Source: the human T2T-CHM13v2.0 reference genome, Homo sapiens. Taken from it: DNA of 64,000 nt. The notes below the pieces were generated by a model. It searched no databases, was not told the DNA's origin, and was given only the letters and a program-made list of their open reading frames with translations. A program made the position numbers and the translations under genes. This document shows positions 1 through 18,821 of the stretch, piece by piece. The stretch's first letter is position 1, and each line of letters begins with the position of its first letter. The stretch lies in NCBI RefSeq assembly GCF_009914755.1, contig NC_060925.1; one strand, given 5' to 3'.

Positions 1-978
1 GCTTGTGTATGACTCTTTCCTAAGAAGGGAAATCAGATAGACTAAGAAGACCATTATCTTGATGCCACAGCCTAAAGAGGGGGGCAACACCCGTGATAAT
101 AATCCCACTTTAAAGGTGAAGATCCTCCTTGTTAAAGTGCCTTGTTATTTTGCCAAGGGATGCATGCATATCCAACATCCAATCAGAGGAAAACAACCAA
201 GTATAGTGTGGGTCATACACAGTGTCCCTTTCCTATAGGCAGATGATTATATAAGACAATTGATTTATAATCAGTGCAGTATTTTGCAAAACATATGATT
301 TAGCACAGATCTGTGGAAGGTCATTTAGGCCCAGGTTTAAAAGTTTTGAAACTGAAAATGGTTTCCATATTTGCAGTAGAGTCCATCTCTTTGTCTACCA
401 CAAACTTCACCTAAGACCCCTTCACCAGTCAGAGGAAATAACTCTTCTCTTCCCACTCTAAGCCTCAGGCTTTTTGAGCCCAGACTTAATATTATTCTTG
501 CTAATTAATAATCCACTTCATGATTCAGCTCATCTGCACAACAGAAATCTCTTAAAAAATTTGAGTTCAACAAGTCATCAAGCTTGTAGACTTCTCTTTT
601 GAGCTTGGGTTCACTTTCCAGGAGGCCCCTTCATCTCTTGCAGAAGTAATTTCCACTGAAGAAACAGGGGAAATTTTGCTGTAAGGTCTATTTGCTATAA
701 TGAATGTTAAATGCAGCTTTAAGAGCCAGGCATGATGTTTCAGTGCAGGCATTTAGGGACTATTCCCCTGTTCCTAGGATGGTGCCTACAAAGTTCAGTG
801 TTGACCTTGGAATCTGGGTCAACAGGAGACTGGAGCAGCAAGAGCAGGGTCCTCACTGGACTACCTGTTCTTCTCCACTCCATTATAAGCTCTTTAAGGG
901 TAATAATATTTTATTCAAATTTATTACTCCACTTATTTAAAAAATATTAGAACTCTATTATTTAAACTGTATGAAACC

Positions 979-1111
979 AGCCCGGCGTGGTGGCTCCCAT
1001 CAGTAATCCCAGCACTTTGGGAGGCTGAGGCAGGAGGATCGCTTGAGCCCAGGAGTTCAAGACCAGTCTGGGCAACATAGTTGGCCCCCATCTCTAAAAG
1101 TAAAATAAAAT
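979..1111 (+). mobile_element. Alu monomer (FLAM-C/AluJ left arm)
   Basis: ggatcgcttgagcccaggagttc left-arm sequence followed by an A-rich tail. Confidence 0.85.
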
Positions 1112-1356
1112 AGAGTTTTATCCATAGGATTTTGTAGAAGTCCATTCTCTGATCTAAAGGTAGGAAGATTAGACAGGTTAGTTGAATTAAAAGACTTTTA
1201 AACCGTTGAGGATCATGATTTAACAGAACCTTGCTAAAAAAGCTATGTTCAAACTCTAGTTCCTTGCATTTTCTTTTCATGTTCAATAATATTAGCATTT
1301 GAGGAATTGCCTAGCTCTGCAGAGGATATACAATCTTAGTACTGTAAGCTCCATAA

Positions 1357-1500
<144 letters not shown>

Positions 1501-1555
1501 TAACTCGTTACTTACTGAACCAGTAATACTGTCTGGGACTTAGGTGGCTGATACA

Positions 1556-1601
1556 TTAGGTTGATGCAAAATTAATTGTGGTTTTTGCCATTGAAAGTAA
1601 T
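1556..1601. mobile_element. Half MADE1 (Hsmar1 mariner MITE)
   Basis: ttaggttgatgcaaaattaattgtggtttttgccattgaaagtaat matches one MADE1 TIR plus the spacer. Confidence 0.8.
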
Positions 1602-2579
1602 AGAAAGAGTTTACTTCATCCCAGCATTAAAGAAGGGACCACTGAAAAAAGACATCAGTTGGGTTGACACGTGGCTTCCGCTTTCTTCCCATAACTGTCA
1701 TTTTGGAGGTGAGGTTCTCCTCAGGGATTTAAAGTGCTGTGTGGTCCCCTCACCATGTCAGCCTCACAGCACCCTTTATCACATAGCAGAGATGGAAAAT
1801 GATCACTTGGCTTTACTTTTCGCCAAAATCTGACACAGGTGTGAAACAGAAGGAAGGACTTGCAAGGCAAGTATGGAAGGTCATATGGCAGGAGGTTTCA
1901 TCCACCATCCACTATAACTGAGCAATTGTCATCCATTTCTGAAAGAGCAAGGGATTTAAGAAAAAATCCCTTTTTTCCTATTTATATTTGCATAAGAGCT
2001 CTGGTTTGCAGGCAATAGATAATGCCACACATAGCTTTGGAGAGAAATCAGAAGCTTCTGTGCTGGTTTGGGGTCACCCAGAGGTGAGCCAGAATGTAAC
2101 CCCTTCCCTACCCCTTGGCATGAAATTTCATCAAAACTGTTCTGAGAATATTTTGAGGACTTATTCTGTAGACATCTGCACCAGACCTTAAGCCACTTTT
2201 CAGCCGGTTTCAGTGGAGTGCCACAGACTAGGATCTGGTGAGAACTAGACATTGTCAAGCAGGAAGTTAGACAGGCTTGTAAGGTCCCCCCACCACCACC
2301 CCACCCCTTGCCATTTCAGTGTAAGAGCCTCTGGGACTAAATCTAGCCTTTGCAGTGGGATAGGCAAGACTTTTATTTTCTGACAAAGGGAGCAATAAAC
2401 CTTATTTGCTGAGGCTCCCCAAGAGTCTCCACCAATATCATACTGGTCAACATTTATTACACAGAATATAAGGCATGATTTGTTTCCTGAGTGGCTCAGT
2501 ATCCACAGATGATGAAAGAAGCAATCAGCTGAAATTAAAGCAGAGAAGCACACCCTTTGAGTATGGTGGCATATCTTAA

Positions 2580-2741
<162 letters not shown>

Positions 2742-2860
2742 TAGTGCTATTGAGCACATTTGAGCCCCTCCTTTGATAGAAGGTAACAGTGGAAGAATTC
2801 TGTGTGTGCATGCTTATATGTAAAAACGCATTGTTTTGCAAAAAATGCAATGTCTAAATT

Positions 2861-2905
2861 GTTTTTTCAATTTTATATATTTTTCAATTTTTATATATTT
2901 TTTCA
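2861..2905. repeat. Short tandem duplication (tttttcaattttatatat, about 2 copies)
   Basis: seen directly. Confidence 0.7.
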
Positions 2906-3654
2906 AAGTTTTTGCATTTGTGAATAATCAATATACAATCACAAATAAAATAAATTATGCATGTTATTTTGATACTTAAAAAGTAAGTAATTTTAGACCA
3001 TCTCTTTTGCTAAAATGTAAGTACTCTTTTGCTAAAAAGTACATATGTCACAGGGAGAAGAGACAGCAGGTACTGTAATGCAGTGGTTTTCAAACTGTTC
3101 TCAGTTCCAATTTTATATATTTTTATGCTTTACATTTCTAGTTAGAACTGTGTTTGAAGGAAAGTTGTCACTGCAAAAATTGTTTTTAAATCACCAGCAT
3201 ACTGGAAAGAATAAACTTACATGGAAGCAAAAGCCAGACAGATTGTACTTGAACCCAAGTCCTTCTTTTATTATCTGATTAGCTTTAGAGCTGCCACTTA
3301 ATCTGAGTTTCTGTTTCTGTTTCAGTAAAAAGGGAATAATAAAGATGAAGTTGCATGGTTGTGAATACAATTAGAGATCATGTCAACCAGGAACCGAGCA
3401 TGCATCAGGCATTTTTAATTACTCTCGTTATTATGCTGGTACCTCAACTGCTAGAAGAATGTTGTGTTATAAATTCTCTATTTCTGGACATGAAAATCTC
3501 TGCAATACATTTTTTTCAAAAAAAAATTAAAGTATAATTTTAAAAGTAATGCTTAGAAATGAAAATTCAACTATCTGGAGAATTTAATCACCCAGTATAT
3601 CTCATTTTCTTACAATGTCATGGAAGTCTTTTCTCTTTTCCTCCCATAATTCAG

Positions 3655-3691
3655 GGAAGCAAGCAAAGCATACATGACAGTGAGGTTAAAG
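3655..3691 (+). CDS. WDR64: WDR64 small exon (37 nt): GSKQSIHDSEVK(G)
   Basis: long pyrimidine tract ending ataattcag|, donor AAG|gtcagt; supplies the phase 0 to 1 shift needed by the next exon. Confidence 0.82.
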
Positions 3692-3771
3692 GTCAGTATG
3701 AAATCACCTCTCTTCTTTATAATAAAGCAACTCCTTTGCAAGAGGGCATTTAGGTGACAGAGTATTCTTAA

Positions 3772-3933
3772 TGAATATATATATTCCTTAATATATAAAT
3801 TCATTATATATATTCATATACATTCATATATATTCATTATATACGTATATATAATATACACACACATACCCACACACATATACATATATACATACATACA
3901 CACATATACATATATACATACATATACATACAT

Positions 3934-3991
<58 letters not shown>
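3772..3991. repeat. Compound (TA)n/(CATA)n microsatellite ending in a pure (TA)n run
   Basis: seen directly. Confidence 0.95.
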
Positions 3992-3993
<2 letters not shown>

Positions 3994-4449
3994 TTTTTGG
4001 AACCAAACATTGAGGTGCTATGGGATTCAGTAGTCTAAATGGCAGAATTTTCATTATGATGATGCCTTCTTAAATACTAATTCTAGGTTTTAAGAATCCA
4101 GAATATTACTGAACTTCTTAGTCTCTAGCCATTTTTCTAAAACTTATACTGCATTTATACACCATTCTGTATGTATAAGATTTATGAATAAATACCTTGT
4201 GTGAGCTGTTATGTATAGTATAGAAGCTTTTGCAATATGATCAAAATAAACGTTTTATATTTTTTCAGTGATCCAGGATTCAATTTTTTAATGTTTTTTC
4301 TGTCCTTTGCCCTGACTGAAATTCTCTGGGTGAAAAAAAAAAAAAAAGAAAAGGAAAAAATAATGTGTGGCTTTTGCTATTTTCTTGTCTGCCTTGTGTT
4401 TTACATTCCATAAAAATTTGGAATTCCAAGTATTGCAAATTCCAAGATA

Positions 4450-4981
<532 letters not shown>

Positions 4982-5472
4982 TAAAAAGAATCATTAAATG
5001 AATCTTAGTGTTCTTCCATATGGCATCCAATTATAATATTTTTTCAACTTTCTAGCCAAATTGCTGATCTTGCAGCCTGTTTATTGATAACGCTATCCAA
5101 ACTTTACGAGAGAAGGGTTTTGTAATTCAAAAGATCAAATCATCAAAACTGCTAACTTAGCTATTTCAAATATGTCTCTCTTTTTGGAAGCTCTTCTACT
5201 TTTCTATCAAACACATTACAGACAGATACCCATACTGGGATAGATACCTGCATACAGATAGATACCCGTATTGAGAAAAGAATGTTCAACTGGTCATGCA
5301 AGCCTCACAGTTGGAATTTCTGGGAAGGTCTTCACCTTTGGCACACTGCTTCAGTCTCATCCCTTATGTCCCTAATAGAAGCAGGAAAGGTGAATCCGGC
5401 ATGAAGATTTACTAGAAAAATCTATTGAGCCTGCTTATAATTCTTTTATTTGGGGAGAGGAGGGCATTAGTT

Positions 5473-5770
5473 GTTTGTTTGTTTGTTTTTTTAAGATGGA
5501 GTCTCTCTCTGTCACCCAGGCTGGAGTGCAGTGGCGTGATCTCAGCTCACCGCAACCTCCACCCCTCGGTTCAAGCGATTCTTCTGCCTCGGCCTTCGAG
5601 TAGCTGAGGCTATAGGCGTGTGCCAGCACACCCAGCTAATTTTTGTATTTTTAGTAGAGACGGGGTTTCACCATGTTGGCCAGGCTGGTCTCAAACTCCT
5701 GACCTCGTGATCCTCCAGCCTCGGCCTCCCAAAGTGCTGCGATTACAGGCGTGAGCCACTGTGCCCGACC
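5473..5770 (-). mobile_element. AluS
   Basis: Alu dimer; TSD gagggcattagtt at 5460 and 5771. Confidence 0.95.
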
Positions 5771-7109
5771 GAGGGCATTAGTTTTGATGGGTTCATACAT
5801 TCAAAATATTCAAATCTTTCTTTTAAATTGAGCTACAAATATATGCCACTAAATATCTTACTGGATATTTAAATAATATTAAAGGATATTAATGGTGTAT
5901 TAGAGTAAAAGAATGTGAGAACACTGAAATGTTGAGTATACAATAAATTGTTAGTTTACCAAACAGTTGAAAGAAGGTATTGCATCGTATTGAGTGTTCT
6001 TCAATATTTCACAAAGAAAAACACAACTTTCATTTACCAGAAGATTTAAAATGATTTAGGGTGGAATTAAGAGGACAGAAGATGATGAAAGGAAGGATCT
6101 TGAGTAGCCTGAGGGTGAAGAAAATGAAATCCTTAGAAAAACAGAGGAGGTGACCTCGCTTGTGATAAGGCTCCTTCCTACACAGAAACTCAGAACACAA
6201 AACAGTTTTGTGTGGCAGATAATGGGATCCAACAACACGGAACCGCATGGCTTTCTGCCAGATAAAACTCTAAGTGTACCAGTAGATCCTAGCTTATTCG
6301 TGAAAACAACCCTGGTTTGAAAATACAAAGTATTCTAATAATAACTTTCCTTGAGATAATCTTGGTATTAGAACAATGCCCTTTTTCTTTCTAATACAGA
6401 AATGAAAGAGTAAAAGAAATAGGAGGAGAAGAGATTATGTCCAAGCAGTCTAAGGAAAGGAGTAGCAAATTCAAACTCTTCACAAGCTTTGATGTTGATG
6501 ATGTTTATTCTCTAAGCAAGATAATACGTGTTAAAGTCTTTCCCAGTGCTGGCTTATACTGAGCGCTGAAAAACAACCTGTTTGAATTTAAATCTCTTAA
6601 CAATTCTTTGTCTTGCACCAGTATTAAAAAATAAATATTTCTGAAGAGGCAAATATTTCTGTTTAAAACAACTGACATACACTTAAAAGTGTGTCTCCCT
6701 TCTGAAAAAAATGTTTGTTTAAAAAGAAAATATGTCAATGCCTGTTTGAGTTAAATTAAAAAAAAGAAATAAAAAGAAAATATGTAATCGGAAAGAAAGT
6801 CTGAGGAATTGCATGAAAAGGGTCATGGGATATGCAAAAACAATCCCAAGTGTAGAACAGTATATAATACTCAAGAGTCTAGATGCTTCTAATTAACAGT
6901 TGTCCATACCTTTAGTATATTTAATTTCAAGGAAATAAGTCCCTATGGATAGTTTAAAATTATTTTCATTACAAACAGGGGAATCGTGGTTCAGTAGTAG
7001 AGATAATTCTTGAGATGCATTATTTACATAGAAAAATCAATTTCAATATTAAGATTTTATAAGACTTACTAGCAAAGAAAAAGTTTTATTTGCATTATAC
7101 TTTATTTAG

Positions 7110-7241
<132 letters not shown>

Positions 7242-8027
7242 TGACAGGTGTCTTAATAGCTTACCTGATATAAAAATGGCTTTAGGAAAAATACATGGTA
7301 TATGGTGAAACAAAAGAGAGACTAAGAGGTATGCTCAAGCCTGAGAAAGTGTTATAAATAGCCTGCTGAATAAACAGAATAAATGAGTGTCAGGAGAACC
7401 TGCTTCATTCCTAGCTCTTCACTTAGGGCAAGGCATTGCCCTCCTTCTGTCTTTAAAATGTGTATGTGTCTACCCATCTGTGTATCTTACTTTTTTGGAA
7501 AAAATATAGTTTTAATTTTTCACATTGAAAGTGTATGTTGCATTAATCTTAATTATTAAAGGAAATCATGCCATAAATTAGAGAAAAAAAATGAATGATT
7601 TTTTCTCAGTAGGGGACTTTATTTTTTATATTTATTATAATTAATATGGTCAGTCTTTCTAACAAAATTCTTTCTTCCATTCTTCCTTTATGCTTCTCTT
7701 CTGTCGTCTGAATTAATCCTAAATTTTCTTTGCTTTCCTTTCTCCTATACTTTGAAAGATTATGTGTGTATATGAATGCACATGCATGTGTAAAAAGTTT
7801 TATTTTACTAGTGTTTATCTTCAAGTTTGTCAAAACAATTAGTTAGAATTAGAATAAAACAGCATATTTTCAGTTAAAACAAAAAGCTTAGCCCCCTTTC
7901 ACTTTCTCTTTTCTCCATATCTACCCCTTTGCTTGTTGTTGTTTTGCTAATGCAACTGTAAGATTTGCATCTAGATTAAATCTGCTTAAATGCTTACATT
8001 TCAAATTTACTTAATTTTCATACTTAA

Positions 8028-8453
<426 letters not shown>

Positions 8454-9114
8454 TGATAATAATTGTCTATATTTGTATATAGCATTATAAATAAATTTAC
8501 ATTTATTTAAGGTTATCCCTGTTTTTCCTGGAGTTTTTTGGGTTTTGTTTGTTTTTTGCTTACCACCAATCCTTTTACATTAGGATATTCTTATACTTCT
8601 GATTTTCGCTTATCTATCAATCTGTATAATTTATATAGACACTAATTCTTTTTACAGAAAACTTGTAGAGAAAGTTAAGATCAGTCAAATTTTGTTGCTT
8701 TCTAAAAATAGCCTGCTTATTCTTGCATTAACTTTGCCTAGTATGTGGCAAGCCTTTTCTGACAAATACAGAGAACTAAAATTTGAAACTATAGAATTCC
8801 CAGCACCGACCTCTATTAGGGTTAGTCCTCTCTTTGCCTATGCCTAGAATACTTTACTATCATATAGCCCATTCTCATCCTGAAATTTGTGGTTTCTGTT
8901 TGTGATCCAGAAAATAGAGTGGGTTTGGGATCCAATCTATCCTCATCTACATTATAACTAAAGTGGACTGCTCCTAGATTCTATTAGGCTTCCTTTTTCT
9001 CTGCCTCAGTAGATGTTAAAAGAACTTCTTTGAGGGCTGCTATCTATTCACTAGATTAAATCAGACACCCTCAGGCATCATTACATCATTAGTTGTTGCC
9101 TTTAGAAAGAAAGA

Positions 9115-9273
9115 AGAGAGACAAGGTCTGACTCTGTGGCCCAGGCTGGAGTGCAGTGGTGTGCTCATAGCTCACTGTAATCTCCAACTCCTGCAAGTGA
9201 TCCTTCCACCTCAGCCTCCTGAGTAGCTAAGACTACAGGTGTATGCTTTTTTTTTCCTGTAGGGACAGGTCTT
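9115..9273 (-). mobile_element. AluJ partial (right arm)
   Basis: cccaggctggagtgcagtggtgtgctcatagctcactg. Confidence 0.8.
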
Positions 9274-9274
9274 A

Positions 9275-11320
<2,046 letters not shown>

Positions 11321-11547
11321 AATAGTTTAAAAGTTGAGGTGTAGTCATTGTTGCTCTTTGATATGTAGTTTTTGTAACTATCATTTAAATTGTAGGCTGA
11401 GTATCTCTGTAAGAGTTTGGACTCTGTTTGGTGGTATATTCATTTCCATTACCCTGATCTCTAAAAGAACTCTAAGTGGGTGAAGCAATCTCATTAAGAC
11501 TTACCAAGACAGAAACAAAATAATTTCTACACATAAAAATGAATATG

Positions 11548-11878
<331 letters not shown>

Positions 11879-11976
11879 TCATTTCTGTTTTCTCAGGTTC
11901 TGTTTTATTCAGCATTATAAATACCTAAATCAAAATAACTTTTGGATAGTATTGATTTAGATAACATGATATCTAA

Positions 11977-12096
<120 letters not shown>

Positions 12097-13679
12097 TGAG
12101 TCAGCATATATTTATTGAGCATTTCTCTGTGCTAGACACCATAAAGGATAGAAATACAAGACTCTCTGTTGTCAAGGCACATATACTATTGAAATTTGAG
12201 CTACATGACAAATTGCAGTGGTCTGCTGGTGAAAAGGGATCAAGAAGTAAGTGAGGGAGAGGGAGTAAGTATGCCAGCCACTGGTCACTTTGCATCGTCT
12301 TCATGTTTTGACTTATTTGTGAGAATTCATATAGCAACCCAGAGTTAGAAAAAGTTCATAGATTATACAGTCCTCCACAGTCAGTTTCTATATCTTATCC
12401 TTTATAAGATATTCCATAACCTTCCTTGCAAACCTAGTGCAGAACCATTTAAGAATTTTTTTCTTATTTCTAGTCTAAATTCTTCCTAACATTAAAGCAC
12501 ATTTTATTCTATTTTTTAAAATATTATACCAAGGAACAGCTATTTTAGCATAGCCCTATTTTTCTTTAACACATCAAATCAAAAGCTAAATATTAGCTTA
12601 AATAGATACTTTTTTTTGGATCACAAGTATTAACAAGGGGTTTATGTTGATTAGGATTTGATTCCTTGCAGAGTGTCTCAGAATAGTTATTGTTTCAAAT
12701 ATTGTTTCATTTGATTAGTGGAGTTTTCTTTTTGTTTCAGAGAATCTATTCTAACTCTTTTAAGGTTTCGGTATTCAACTTTAGTTTGACTATCTCCACC
12801 TGCAGAGGGTAAATCAGAGAATAGCTTGCCAAGGAGCACATAGACAGTGATGAAGTCAGGGCCAGGGTCGGGGTTCTGATTGCTAATCCAATACTCTTTC
12901 CGTATATAATACTTATGCTAACAAATGAAAAACAGCAAGGTTCAAACAACTTGAGAAACACGAAGTTTCATTTACCAGTAACTATAAATTGCTTGTAACG
13001 AAGACATGCTGCAAGCTGAACAAAAACAAACCGTATGCTTGAACCATATATAGGTGAAAAGTTATGTAATTGTTTTATCCTACTGCTGATGATTATTATA
13101 TTGTATTATTAATTTTAACAGATAAAATGTCATTCAAAGCCTACAGTTTCGCAAATGGAATTGCTATAAACTAACAACTGAGATCTTTCAAACTTTAGAG
13201 AAAATCTTCAAAACAAAGTTATAGAATAATATTGAGTTACAAAATTAGTAGAAATAATTTTAAAGCATTTTCACAAATTTAAAATTAGAGAATCTTTAGT
13301 AACTTATTTTAAATTCTTTCATATTCAACTTCATTTCAACCTTTTCTGTACTCAGACAATGGAATCATACCATTTGTACATGGCTGCCTATTTATAAATA
13401 TACAACAGAACCATAGAACCTGGCTATAAAATGCCTCATTATTACATAGATCAACAAATACCAATGCTTAAACCAGGTCCGGCTATAGATTACAACTGCA
13501 ATGAATACCTAATAGGTCAGTCTAGAAAAAAAGGTTAATCTTGTTCTCTCCCGATATTACTGATAAAAAAGAAGTTCCATGGTATACAGACATTCTGAAA
13601 GATAAGTCGAAACCTCTCCACAGAAAGAGAGACCACACATATAATTACATATACACACATACAGAAAGGACAATCTTAG

Positions 13680-13760
13680 TTTCTAATTGCGGATTTCAAT
13701 CCATTAAGGGGTCATGAAATCAATTAAATTAGTTGTAACCAGTATTTTTATAAAAATAGA
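13680..13760. mobile_element. Possible hAT-Charlie DNA transposon relic
   Basis: ggggtcatgaaatcaattaaattagttgtaaccagtattt resembles the Charlie4-type terminus as recalled. Confidence 0.35.
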
Positions 13761-14008
13761 AGAGAATGGAATGCAATGCAGTAGAACAGAATAGATCATA
13801 TTGATGTACATTTCACATAGGTGAAGTATCCTTTTGTGAAACTTGTTTCAGACACATGTGCAAGTATATGTATATGTTCATGGAGTCATGAAGCAAAATG
13901 TATATCTTACTATAAATACAGTCAGTGTTAGAGAATGCCATCCTAAGGCAGAGAAAGAAACCTTGGATGACCAGATATTCTTGAATAGCTTTGAGACAAT
14001 AAGAAGTA

Positions 14009-14335
<327 letters not shown>

Positions 14336-15275
14336 CTAAAAATAACCAGAGGGAATTGAGTCAGAAGGCCAACAAATTTAGGCGGAATTGCGCCTACCCT
14401 TTGTTAAAGCCTAAATAAATAGAAGACTCGCAGGAGAACTCTAAACTGCCAGGACTGTCATCACATTACACTTCTAGGTAAATGACCCAGGACAAAGTAA
14501 GGTGTCAGTCCGGGTTTATCAGTGATAAAGAGGGAATATACTCACAGGGGGTGTGAGTGCAGAGCAAGCTCTCCACTTAACAACTCTAGTTCACACAATT
14601 CAGGAAGGTCTCCCGAGGCCCACGAGAGGCCCTAAACTTGAGGATAGCCACACCCTGAAGAAACATAAACAATGAAGCCTCATGATTTTTTTCTTTTCTA
14701 CTCCTGTGACAGATGATTCATGATGTTTTTGAAAGAGAATGAAGCTGAGTTTTATTCTTTTCATCAACTACTTATAGCATGTATCTCCCACCCCATACTC
14801 CCCCCAAAAGAACAAAACAGCCAGTTCTATCTCTAGATAAAATCTGAACACAGGAAAAGTCTTTTTGCCAATCTCCCCTTTAGCTTTTACCTTCCAGCTC
14901 TGTTTCCTTCTATTCTTGATTATATTTACTTTCAGTCCCCCTCCAACCTTCTCCTAAAGCATCTCTTTCCTCTAGTCATCTGCTAATCATCAATTAAATG
15001 AATCGCTAATTCTCAGTTACATGATAAATTGCCAGAGACATAAGATACTTCCTCTCCCAGGGAGATGTATGAATTAATAAGTCTTTAAAAACAGGACTTC
15101 TTGTACCCCAACAAGCAAGAGAAGAGCTAATTGGGGGCAAGGACTTAATCATCTAGCACAGATGTCTACATCTTCCACTCATAAGCTTGGCTCAATGAGA
15201 AATGATTTTGTTGAAGATTACATTTTTACTAGCATATAGTTATTCCGAGGAATATGCCTTGTTTTTGCTATCTAG

Positions 15276-15386
<111 letters not shown>

Positions 15387-16169
15387 TAGGCCAAGATGGC
15401 ATCATACTGTGAATTCAGTACTGTGAGCATGAGAGGTAAAGGATTTTAAGCTAAAGTTGAAGTATATCGTTCAAATGCAATCTTGGTAAACTGATTTAAA
15501 TAAATAAGTAAATAGATGACACAAAAGGACTTTGAAAAGATGGCCACTGATTTGGAGTTCTCTTTCATGACCAAGGACATGAGATGTCACATTCATCTAT
15601 ATTAAAAGGTATCACAAATGCTTTTGATAAAAGTGAAGTTTTTTTTGTAGAATTACTTCAAAGAATTAAGCAAGATAGCTATCTCGGAGAGTTAGACCCA
15701 AGTCATAGAGGGGGGCTCAGAATCAGAAGTCATAGAAAAGTAATAGAAAAGAGCAATTGATGCTGAGAAAAGTGGGTAAGCTAATTATGTCATTGACTCT
15801 GTGATGGATTTTGCAAAGCCTATTGTTATCAATTACCTAGATAATGCTAAGTACCTATACACAAAATGCTAAAGACACATACACATATAAAGAGAAAGAA
15901 AGGAAATGTCACGGCATTTCTAGAAACAAATTTCTGCATATTGAAATGTCTTAAAATCATGGTAATGAATTATCCGCTTAAAAGAATGAAGTTAGGTAAG
16001 ATTAAGAGAGGTAGAGAGGCTTTGAAGTATATTAGGGAATTTCAATGGAATCAAAACCAAAAGGAAGGAATATTTTATGCTGCATAAAAGTTGCTGGACT
16101 GAAATTCAAGACAGCCTAGCTAACTGTGTGGGCTTGAGGCTAGTGAGTTAGACAGACCAAAGCCACACA

Positions 16170-16620
16170 GTGTCCAGGAGGCACTGGTAAGAATTTGGAT
16201 CCTTCCCCTGAAAGAAATAGCCACTGCACAGAATTTTACGTGGGGGAGTAATATGACCTGATTTATATTTTTGGAAGGTAATGGGTGGGGAATAGATTGC
16301 AGGGCAGCAAAAGTGGGAGCAAAGAGACCGGTTTGAAGTCCAGGGTGAATGTAGTGGCTTGGATTAGAGGAGTGGTAACAGCCTGGAAATAAGTGGTTTA
16401 GATTTGATGATAGCTATCCAGAAGGCAAAATCAAGAAGACGTGAACTTTAACTCAAAGGGGAGGTAAGTGATAAATGTCAAGAATGACACCTGGTTTATG
16501 CAACTAGGTGAATGTTAGAACCACTCATTAAGATACAGGGCTCTAAAAGAGGAAAATGTTTAGAATGTGGAAGGATAAAGAGCTTTAGAACGTTGAATTC
16601 AAGATGAATCTTTGGGAGTA
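16170..16620 (-). mobile_element. L2 fragment
   Basis: purine-rich L2 antisense motifs (atgacctgatttatattt, gtcaagaatgacacctggttt). Confidence 0.6.
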
Positions 16621-16677
16621 AGGTCCTATTTGGAGGCAAAAGGTCAGAGTTACTTCCTCTGTAAGAAAGGACATCTG

Positions 16678-17025
<348 letters not shown>

Positions 17026-17203
17026 TTAAATGTCATTATTATAGATGTTTTTAACAACTCAGTCCCTTGGTCTCTGCTCCAGCTTATTTTCAGCTACCTA
17101 TGAGCAGAAGTGTTCATTTGAGTTTGTAACACACACACAGACGCACACACATGGCACAACCACATATGTACATGCCACTGTTGTTGTAAGGTATTCCTTG
17201 CTT

Positions 17204-17563
17204 GTCTTGGTCTGTTCAGGCAGCTGTAACAAAATACCTTAGACTGGGTAATTTATAAACAACAGAAATTTATTGCTCACTGTTCTGAAGTCTGGGATGT
17301 GCAAGATCAAGGCGCTGGCAGATTCAGCGTCTACTGAGGTCTTGCTCTCTGCTTCATAAATGATGCCCTCTAGCTGTGTCCTTACATGGTGAAAGAGGCA
17401 AACAAGCTCCCTCGGGCCTCTTTTTAAAAGACACTAATTCCATTCATGAAGACTGAGCCCTTGTGACCTAAGCATGTCCCATTTCACATCAATATCACCA
17501 CTTTGGGGATTAAGTTTCAACATATGAATTTGGCAGGTGGACAAAAACATTCACGCCATAGCA
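17204..17563 (-). mobile_element. MLT1A-type MaLR solo LTR
   Basis: tgtcttggtctgttcaggcagctgtaacaaaatacc...acattcacgccatagca termini. Confidence 0.85.
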
Positions 17564-18821
17564 CTGCTCACTCCAGTTATCCTTGGCATGGAGAAATTAA
17601 TTTTATGATTTCTTACAGTGAAAATCTCCCTAGATACTCAGTTCAAAGTGCTTACATCTATTAATAGCTACCTCAGAACACAACTGTCTTCATAACCAAG
17701 CCATGTCCCTTTGCTAATACTCACTGCCACTCTCTAAAGAGTTAGGCAGTTTCAACGTTCTAAATCTTGCTTGTCAAAAAGATGAGATTTTTAAATATGA
17801 AACAAACATAATTGAGGCTGAACTCTGGGATGCAGGACAGGTGATCAGTCTGTAGACAGAAGTTCAGGGAGGCAAAGTGGGGCTCAAGGTAGCTAAGGTT
17901 CTGTATCTGAGGCCCAGGAAATCAAGCTGGGAAGCAGGATTAGTTATTTGGGAGAGCTCCATGCATAGCAGGAAACAAGGAGACTACAGTCTCTTCAGTC
18001 CTGCCTAAAGCAGAATAAATTTAGAATTGTTCCGAAGTTAGCCCCTCACCCTTCTAAATTTTACTATTAAAGGGCTGGTCTATTTCTCTTTGGTAAAGGT
18101 TCTGGCCAGGCCATGACATTTTTATAATGCTGGAGAATTAATACATGGAAGGGATAGAAGATGCTCATGTTAATTCCCCAGGACACTGTCAAGTGGGAGA
18201 AGTCCCAAATAGATACCTCTGTTTCTGCCTCCTTCTCAACATCTACCTCTCTGAGGTGGGAGGCTATTCAGACTTTGCAGAATCTACTCTTAGTTTCTTT
18301 AGCTTGCTTGCCCTCCTCCTTTTAGGTCATTGCTGCAGGGCTCATGATGATGATTGCCATCATTTGCCACTCTGAGGTTGAAATCAATAAATAAAAGGAA
18401 GATCTTCCAAATACTATTTTATGTTCCCATATGGCCTAGGGCACACACTCCTGCTAATAATACTCTGTATTACTTTAAACCACATGGGCTATTTAGAGGG
18501 ACCTCTTGGAGTGAAGTGATAGTGAAACAAGGCATATGGATAACGAGTCCCTTCTCTTGCCATCCTCTTTCAGAACTCAGTTGTAAAAATTAGCAGGGTA
18601 TTTGCACAATAGTAGCAGCTGTGGATGGAGGTTGAGGAGAATTTGATAATAGTAAAAGCAGCATGAGATCCCTCCTCCCTTAAGTTTGGTTGATGCTGAT
18701 TTGAAAAGTAGCCAGCTGAGATACAGCCCATTCTAAGGCCTAATTCAATGAATACACTGTTAGTTAACAAGTGTTCTGATTAGCTTGAACGGGCAGTGTT
18801 ATTTTCCCAAAAGAAAATAGA

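Noticed and set aside
6986-7010. gtggttcagtagtaga, similar to the tRNA-Gly 5' half
   Set aside because: Only 15/16 nt, does not start at the tRNA 5' end, and has no TSD or tail; compatible with chance.
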